This document shows positions 50,901 to 64,000 of a stretch of 64,000 bases of DNA, in pieces. The DNA is from Phoronis australis. Taxonomy: Eukaryota > Animalia > Phoronida. The stretch is taken from contig NMRA01000115.1 in the NCBI GenBank assembly GCA_002633005.1, positions 827,965-891,964 of the forward strand. The letters are read 5' to 3'. The notes below the pieces were generated by a model that worked only from the letters and a program-made list of their open reading frames with translations, did not search any database and was not told the origin of the DNA. The translations under genes and the position numbers were made by a program. The number at the start of each line of letters is the position of its first letter. The first letter of the stretch is position 1.

Positions 50901-53900
50901 TGAGTACACCATTAGATATGTGCTGAGCGTGGCAGATGTACTGATATCATGAAATAAATAGAGCAATTGGCAGAGAATGTTATTAATGCTTATTTGCCTG
51001 ACTTCTTCTGACTGGCTTGCAGCTCACAAAAATCTGGCAACTTTGTGCAAACGAAATCTGAGATCGCATTGGCAAGCTTTAGGTCACCAAATAGAGCCCT
51101 ACAGAGATTAATACATCCATCTCACCTCATTATTTAACTTGACTGCTGCATCCAGGGTGGCGCCAGTATACATGGAACAGAAGTCGTAGATCCCATCAAA
51201 TACTGGGCTGTAAAGTAGGGACAGCACTGTTAGACAGGTGTATTAAAGCATCATACACAACAAATGTTATCAAAGTATGGTGCAGTAGCTGAAAAATTGT
51301 TGCAATGTAAATATCTGGTAAAGAGGGAATCTGAAATGGAAATAAGGTTTCCTAAGGTGACCGTCAACCGTCATAAGTCCTTTCATGTCTCATCAAATAA
51401 CATTTTAACTGTCCATTACCGGCTAATTTTTATATCTTCTAAATAGGCCACTAGCCCCTTATACAGAAATAAAAAATATGTTTAATATGTACTCACACGC
51501 ACACACACACACACGCAGCGCTGGTGTTTTATTACCAAGTGGGGTAACTTATGCCACTAGTAATCGCTGTGTGGCTGCAAAAGTGGGGTGGGGCGAAGTA
51601 ATTATCAGCTGCGATTGCGTACAGACGGGTTTTCTCATGTGCACCGTATTGGCATTAGGTGTTCATTGCCACACACAGAGCATCAACTTCCACCTTACCC
51701 TAGTTATTGGACATACATGTGTGACAATGCTCCACTGCAAGTTGTTCTAGGGTAGGCTACGTGTGGATGAGACTTCAGAGCATGAGAGACTGATCACAAA
51801 AAACAGCAGACTCACCAGTCGTCTCCGACGTTGAATACACTCAACATCTTAGTGAAGTCCTGGATGTTGCCAGGGCTAATCCTTTGTAAGAATTCAATGT
51901 ATTCCGGCGAGTGGAAACGACACATGTCATTGGCTGAGGCTCTGTATGGACGGTAAACCTAGAAAGATAACGGCAAATACAGGCTAACACGGGAAAAGGC
52001 CAAGAGCTACAAATAAAAAGCTCCCGTAAAAAGCCTTGATATTTCAAATATATGAACAAATATCTCAGTCAATAACAGGCTGGGTGGAAAAAATGCAAGA
52101 TGCTATGACCACATGTGACAAAGTATCAGATGGTAAGAGGACACTTGTATACAAAAATAATTGCCTTAATCGTCCTGTGACCAGTGACCTCAGTGATGAT
52201 TCCGTACATCCTTCATTCATTCGTTGAGAATTTCCTATCCCTTGCAAGCACTCAGAAAGCTCAAATTTGGCCCCATTAGTGCGAAATCCAACATATCTGA
52301 GACCAGCTTCAAGGAGTTCATTCAGAATTAGGTGACAATTTTTGAATGCCTGACTGTTCGCGCATCTCAAAAAAGTTCGCGGACAGAATTGAAGCAAGCA
52401 TGTGAAAAATTTCCTAGAATGTTAAAACAATCATTCAAGAATTCGTTACGACAAGGCTCGATTTGGCCACCTGCAGTTCGCCAATGCAACATCAGATTTT
52501 GTTTGGCACAAAGTTGCCACATGTTTGTGAAGAAGAATTAGTACCAGCAATTAGCTTCGAAATTTGTGGTGACTTCCAAACTTAAAAAAAAACAAAAAAA
52601 AACTTTCCGAATATCATTAACTCTGGTTCATCATGGGTCCTATTTATATCATGAAATCAGTACACCTGTCAGAACCAGCATACCTCTGAGCACGAACTTA
52701 AGTGTGACCATTTCTATGAACAGTAAATTTCCACTACTAGAAGCTATTGCTTTCCAAAAAAAAAAACAATCTAAAACAATCTCAATCACATGCTTGACAA
52801 TTTTGTTAATAAGACTATAATGTTTGCCAGAGATAGCTGGGTCGAACGAACTGAGCAATCCACCAATAACAGGAGACATTTTGTAACATCTAGTTGGTAC
52901 ATTCACACAAAATATACCCACTCAAAGGGCCATTCACTTCTAGTGAACTGGCTCTGTGAATTGCTAAATTCGGTGTGAATGCTCTAACTCAAATCACTTT
53001 CATAACATATTTTTTGAATTGATAATCTAAAACCAAGTCTCTTTTCTATTTCCATTAGACAAACAGGTCACCAAAGTTCTTTTAACTTGAGTACAGTTAC
53101 ATTCAATGAATACTTGCATAATACAAGTACAAGACTAATTTTCCTGAATGGTCAGTTTGCACCACATTATCCATCCATAACAACCAGACTGGAGACCAAA
53201 CTACTGCATTTCTTTAAATTTGTAAATGTTTTGTTTGAAATCTGGTTCACGTGTTTCATTGCTGAAGTTGACAAAAACAAATTTTGAATATTCTTCATTA
53301 CAAACCTGCATTTTCTTATACATTCCATAGTTCAATACCAAACTGTGCGTTAGGGTCAGCCTGTGTGGCTTCATTGGATGGCCAGGTCCTGAAAAAAGAC
53401 AACAGTTTCTACATTTCAAATGTCCCATACATCTACTGACAACTATATGATCAGTTCCCCACAGATTGAAATTCACTATCACCCAAGTAAGGTTTGACAC
53501 ACTGCAAGGTTGGACGGTATCTAAAAACCATGATTAAATTTCTCAATTTCAGTTTAAGGATGCATTACAGGATTCAGGATTCAGGCATGGTGATTGCGCT
53601 TATTCAAGATTCCTTCATGGTGATTGCGCTTAGAAATGACATCTTTATCATCAGCAACTCAAAGGCGATCCCGCACACAATCCCAGTAAACATGACTAAA
53701 AACTTTCAAATTTGTTGGATCCCAATGCACAACCAGTCTGTAATGTATTGTGAGTGCCAAAGTACAAGAACACTATGAGACAACATGACTCAACTAGCCG
53801 TTCGAAAGAGTGAAGTTCAAATCTGGAGTCTCTAGGATGTAGCTCTTGGATCTCTAACCAAGCCCAAAATCAGCTCAAGTTGTGGGTAGGATGAGCTCAG

Positions 53901-55446
53901 CTACTTAGCGGCCAAACATAACAGTACTGTACAAGTCAACTGGGTCGAAGCTAATGTTGGCATTGATGGTAATGAAGCTGCTAATTAGTTACCTTGCAAA
54001 GCAGAGCGAGTACTTCTATTGCAGTGCACCTAACACAATCATAATGACAAATAAACCTAAATAGACATACAGTCAAGTGACCTAATTATCGGACGTTTTG
54101 GCACATTTTGCATTATATTTAATTGAAAACATTACGGATTGTTGTAAATTCTTTGCTGAAATAAAGATTTACCTTCACGGAATTGTTCTGTTACTATGTC
54201 TTGTCACTGAAAGCCACATTTATGTTCCGACTGATCTTCAAAAAACACAACAACCAAACCTTCGGAGAACCTAAATATCGGACACCATGTTTCTCCATAC
54301 GCCACACCGCGGAAATCTGACTAACCACGTAATGGCCGCGGGCACCTTGTCGCCAAATTTCAGCTCGAGTGTTTTGACATATATGCTGCTAGAACCCAGG
54401 TCCATTCGCAACAAAATTATCCATGAAATGAAATCTGATGACGGCGCCAAGTCGTTTCGATGAATTAGTGCAGACGACTAAAGCACGTGCAAACTCACTG
54501 CAGTTTTTAGTATCACTTAGGCTTCTTGATATGACACCCGCACGTGCGCGGTCGGGGTTTGACTTGAGTTTAAAAACAAACGAAAAAATGGAACAGTGAC
54601 ATATTGTCAGTTCAATGAGATGGTTTCATTGTGGAAAAAGATTTTATTTTCAACTTTTATAACCGATTTATGCGATCGTCCATTTTAGGCCGACTTGGGG
54701 GTCTAAATTGCACCCTCTCTCGGTGAAATCAAAACGAGGCAACGCTGTAAAAAACGAGACGGTGCCGGACATTGAATGCATTACAACGGAACAAAAATTG
54801 GTGTCATTTAATTCTCAGATTATGCTTCAAGTAAGATTCTATGAAATGTCCGATATTTAGGTTCCGTCCGATAATTAGGTACCCTATGTGTACCAGCTTC
54901 AATAACGGATTACCTTTCATTATTTTTCTTTTAACAAAAATTTATACAATCTAAATATCTAAATAAGTCAATTGCTAAAATAAAGTTCAAGGTCAAGTTT
55001 GACACTTGACTCTTGAGGGCATTCGTGGCGACGTGACGTCAATGACCTCCGAGTGTCAAGTTAGTCAAGTTGAATGATTGTAAATTGCGAAGGCCATCAC
55101 CAACCCTCTTTTACAGGGTGCTTCATTTCGATTTTAGGGCAAATAATCAATATTCATGAATCGTTTTCATGACGTTTTTGACGTCGATCACGACTTCTTT
55201 AGTCCAGACTCCCCTCCCAGCCAAGGAAAATTAGGAAGGCAGTGGAGAGTGGCATCCGATGACAGGTTATGTACAGGTTTCAGAAATAATTAATGGGAAA
55301 TTCCTATGAAAGAAGGGACTCATAAGAGACTGAAGTATTGCACATATCAATCATTTATGTACTACGGACATTGTTGTCAACCTACCGTAATGGAAGTTCC
55401 CTACGTCTGGGTCGTAAAAATACGCAACCTTGTTCTTTCCGGCCAT
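41977..55446 (-). CDS. HDAC3: Histone deacetylase 3 (439 aa)
   Basis: Exons 55446-55386, 53388-53306, 51958-51816, 51207-51126, 49678-49566, 48779-48646, 47681-47601, 46569-46496, 45568-45504, 44408-44260, 43731-43652, 43022-42862, 42070-41977. Motifs [61 protein letters not shown] and the HDAC3-type tail [13 protein letters not shown]. Confidence 0.97.
45959..46328. mobile_element. Degenerate hAT-like MITE with 8-bp TSD
   Basis: TIR CATAGGTTCATCCAG / CAGGCCTTCATCTAG (10/15 match); flanks ACCCTGCC and ACCTTGCC. Confidence 0.5.
53630..54005 (+). mobile_element. Decayed RNase H domain of a non-LTR retrotransposon
   Basis: IFIISNSKA (compare I.I.SDS.A) and [20 protein letters not shown] (compare WV..H.GI.GNE.AD.LAK). 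Confidence 0.7.
54070..54890. mobile_element. Tc1/mariner(pogo)-like MITE with TA TSD in HDAC3 intron 1
   Basis: TA|CAGTCAAGTGACCTAATTATCGGACG ... CGTCCGATAATTAGGTACCCTATGTG|TA; internal repeats ACCTAAATATCGGACA at 54268 and, inverted, at 54847. Confidence 0.75.
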
Positions 55447-56614
55447 CTTGAATTTAAAAACATGTACCTTGGCAATAATGACATTATTAAAATGTCGTAG
55501 GACAGCCTCAGCATCACTCGGGTGAACGGCGCGCTCCGAAAGCGGTGCGTACAAGTTTAGCAAGGTGTGTGTGCGTTTAGGCTAACAAAATTTTTAATAT
55601 GTAGCGACTGTCTGCTTGTACAAGATAAAATACCGGTTTATCAATGTTTTTCATTAACCACCGGCTAATAAATATGCAATGAAATTCGGAAAGTACCGTA
55701 CACAGGGGCTACTCGCCCTTTGGGATTCATAGCCCGGGCGGACCTCAAATTCAATTCCCATGGATCAAATTCCGACGTTTGGACCTAGTGTGCAGTTGTA
55801 GGCTTATTTTGAAATTGGGTGCGTGAGCCGTTACATGCTCTCTACACTGAGGGGGGCCAACTGAGAGGGCCGGCCGCCCCGGCCTCACTGAGATTCCACG
55901 GATATTTGACAGTTCGACTGGGAGGGTGCAAATGTCTGAAGGGCAAAATCCTGGCTAATACTCTGCCCTGTCCCCGCCCCCCCCCTTAACTCAAAATCCT
56001 GGATCCTCCCCTGTTCTATATGCACGGAAACGACTTAAAGCAATCATAACAGACTAACGGGATGCGCGAATGCCACTGAGACTAGCCTCGACTATCATAG
56101 TGACGGAGTGGGTACCGAAAACTCAAAAACATCATGATCACTGAGGAAGTGAAAGACAATTGATATTTCTAAGTTAATGGGTATTTTGCCATAACTTGAC
56201 GTTGACAATTGACTTAGGATTAAGTCTTAAGTTCACAAATTAAACGTGCATTCGGGTAAATCATAAGGTCCATATTTAAGAGTTGACTGACGACGTCACC
56301 GTACGAGTGTTGGACGGCCGGGCTAAAATAATTTTTTCTGGTCACTTACTAAATACCGCCAACTAGTGGATCTCATATGCAAAGGGTTATTTAGTTGTGC
56401 AAAATAAAATAAGAATTATCGAAATTGGATAGTTTTTGAGAAATTTATGCACTTTTTGTCTCTGAATTTCATGCATTTTTAGCGTTGTGGCCATTGGTCT
56501 CAACTTCCTTGCACAGGCGAGAAATGATTGCGTATGGTGACAGACCATGCCCCGGTAAAAAGTGACCGTCGGACGACCATTGTCCGACGGTTGGAGTTAA
56601 CTAATGCGAACATG

Positions 56615-56777
56615 CAGGAGCGGATCCAGGATTGTGAGTTGGAGGGGGCAGGGCTGAGTATGATAGGACTGATTTTGCCCATAAGAAATTCGCACCCGCA
56701 CGAACCGCCAAATGGAATTTAACTAAGAGAATTTTAGGGGGCATGGCACCCTTGCCTCCCCCCTAAATCCGCCACTG
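56615..56777. mobile_element. Short GC-rich hAT-like MITE
   Basis: CAGGAGCGGATCCAGG ... CCTAAATCCGCCACTG termini; TSD unclear. Confidence 0.6.
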
Positions 56778-57479
56778 AACACAATAGCCCATCAAGTCGT
56801 ACGACACCTAATTACGCCACAAAAATACAAGCTTGTCTGACCGATGACTACTGGCAAAAAAATAAAGTTTGTTTTTTAAAATGTACCTGCTTGACCGGAT
56901 TTTTTGGAAACATTTTAGAACTTTGAATTTTCTTTCTAGGCAGTGCTGTAGTGGTAAAATTAGAGGTAAGCAGGCGTCCACAGCCCATCGTATCGCCTTG
57001 AGCGCTGAACTCGCAAAACCTGGCCCATTAGTAAACTTGTAGGCCGCCTACTTTTTGACTCACGAGTGGATATTTACATGCAGGAGCGGATCTTGGATGT
57101 CGGAGAAAAGAGGGTCCAGTCACACATCGAAGGCAAAGGTCCATGTGCATTCCAAGCGGTCCCTGAAGGAGACCAAGTGCAATTATAAAGGAAAATAGCA
57201 GCCATTTTTGGTGGCCCGTCGGGTGTGTCCTCTGGGTCCCTTAGCCACCCCCTTCCCCGTGGTGGGACATGTACCTTTATCTTGAAATATTAATAAAAAC
57301 TGCATTACTCGGTGAGCAGGGCATGTATGCCTGGTAGTCGTGCACGCCGAAACGATCGGCAATAACGCTGTCGTATCGACTAGGCCCCGTCTCTTAATTA
57401 CGGCGCGTAGACGGTACGTTACTATGTTCAAAGGTGCATGGTCGCGACTTTTTGAATCAACCTTTGTGGTTTAATAGTA

Positions 57480-58460
57480 ACTTGGCGATCGGAGGCACTA
57501 GTGTTTTTCATATGCCTTGGTTTGTATAAGGCTTAAGATTTATTAGAGACATATATACCTCTGATGACTTCGTTAGTTTGAACCATATGAAAAATGGGTT
57601 CGATGTAAAAACCAATTTGTATAATACAATGGTGTTGATGGTGTTGTTTCTGTTCTAAGAAGATTTCAAAAAGTCTATTTCAAAGTAAATTTAAAAGTGT
57701 TAATGTCTACTCTCCTTGCATACCTTTAGCAATTACTCACTTACGGAAAGATTTGAAGAGTTGCAGATATATTAGTTCAGTCTTTAATGACGTTAAGAAA
57801 CCTTCCAAGTCAGAGTATAAATGGGAAATAGAGTTAGGAGACAGTTTAGATTTGAAGAAAGTATACGCATTGCCTTATGAAATTACAAAGGATCCCAACA
57901 TTAGATGGTTCCAATTTAGAATACTACACACGGTTATTGCAACAAATACCTTTTTAGTCAAAATCCATGTTCGGAATCCTAATTTATTTTCCTTTTGTAC
58001 TAAAGCTCCAGAGACGCTGTCACACGTAATTTCTTTGGAATGTCGCCTTGCACAAGATTTCGGACCGGAATTCGGAAAGCTACTTCAAAAGTGTCTCATA
58101 CACTGCTTACAAACTGTCTATGTTACGAACCTGTTATTCTTGGACTCATTCATGGACGCAGGATTTTCTATTTAATAATTTGGTTCTACTAGCCAAACAG
58201 TGCATTTTACATATACTTGAGAACTATAATGCTGAAAAATCAATTGCATATAAAAACTTTGTATATGACAGCTTCTCTGCGAAATGGGAAAATTTTATTG
58301 TTCATGTTAATTCATGTAGCAGTTGCCAGAGTGTTTACATGTACTTTATACGAGAATGGTCTCTCTTAAGGTGTGCATGTGTGAATGAATGGATGTATTA
58401 AGTTGTTTCTTTGCTTTTGTACTTGTTTCTAAATGACGATAAATACCTGAAAACAAAGGT
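57480..58460 (+). mobile_element. 5'-truncated L1/Tx1-clade LINE remnant (C-terminal zf-RVT region of ORF2)
   Basis: KWEIELG...KVYALPYEITKDPNIRWFQFRILHTVIATNTFLVKI...FSFCTKAPETLSHVISLEC is the typical zf-RVT pattern; frameshifted and stop-ridden. Confidence 0.8.
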
Positions 58461-58935
58461 GATTGGCTGCATTATACCGTAACTTACCGTGGGTAGGCGC
58501 TACGTTAAAAAGCACAAAGGTGGTTGGCTGCACCTACGACCACTAGAGCACTGTTTCTACGCCAGAAAATAAATTTTTTTATTAACATTGAAACGTATCA
58601 CCTTGTGTGCGAGCAGAGCGTAAGAATTCTTCAGTGGAGCCTGAGTTTACATCTACATTAAAGAGTCATGAGAGAGTATGACGTGCTGTTAGTCCTCAAA
58701 AGTGAAGATCTTGGACTATGAATGTTTACATTGCACAGTCTTTTCATATGTCAATGGCAAACCAGGAGTCTTTACCCCATTTCTGTCACACTGTATATCT
58801 ATAACACAATGACGATGCAGTCATAATACAGTGCTTCCTATTCATCCAGTTTCACAATTCGTTCCAACTCCGACGGTCTTTTCTCTTTCATGGACTGAGG
58901 ATGGTAACGTAAAAAGTAAAAAAGTCTTTCTTTGG

Positions 58936-63648
<4,713 letters not shown>

Positions 63649-63735
63649 TTAAATGACTATATCTCAATAATTTCCAAAAATTGTGAATAGCAGCTTTTCA
63701 ATTAGGCACGCGCTCGAGTCTGAAGAACTTTTTAG

Positions 63736-63797
63736 CAAGTGAACACTTGCAAATGAACACTTGCAAGTGAACACTTGCAAGTGAACACTTGCAAATG
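63736..63797 (+). repeat. 14-bp tandem repeat (CAA(G/A)TGAACACTTG), about 4 copies
   Basis: Direct inspection; the unit is internally palindromic (CAAGTG..CACTTG). Confidence 0.9.
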
Positions 63798-64000
63798 CAG
63801 GCGATCACTAATGATCACTCTTGATGAATTGTTTGCTTAGAAATCCAAGATGGCATACGACGCGTACTTAGACTTACAAGGGGATTACCTTGACCAACGA
63901 CTATGATTCTAAGTGGTATATGTTGAAAGTGCATGAAATATGGAAATAACTGTCGTAAATGTGGTACAAAAATAACTAATTTACTTTAATTTGTGTGAGA

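Overview
AT-rich, intron-rich animal genomic DNA; the transposon families suggest a marine invertebrate. Six protein-coding genes can be assembled by hand with consistent exon phases: a PAP2/PLPP lipid phosphate phosphatase (- strand, 3' end outside the window), SNRPA1/U2A' (+), RCL1 (-), ERCC8/CSA (+), HDAC3 (-) and POLR2E/RPB5 (-, 5' end outside the window). RCL1 and ERCC8 appear to share a bidirectional promoter. RCL1 and POLR2E each contain a U12-type (minor spliceosome) intron. Introns and intergenic DNA hold many DNA-transposon derivatives: Kolobok-like with TTAA TSD, nested hAT-like with 5-bp TSDs, hAT-like with a 6-bp TSD, and Harbinger- and Tc1/pogo-like MITEs. There are also two non-LTR retroelement remnants. 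The most intriguing signals cluster in SNRPA1: a candidate poison exon with competing U12- and U2-type donors, a candidate 7-nt microexon, a MITE inserted at a branch site, and a U2 stem-loop IV look-alike in the 3' region. These regulatory interpretations are inferences from motifs only.
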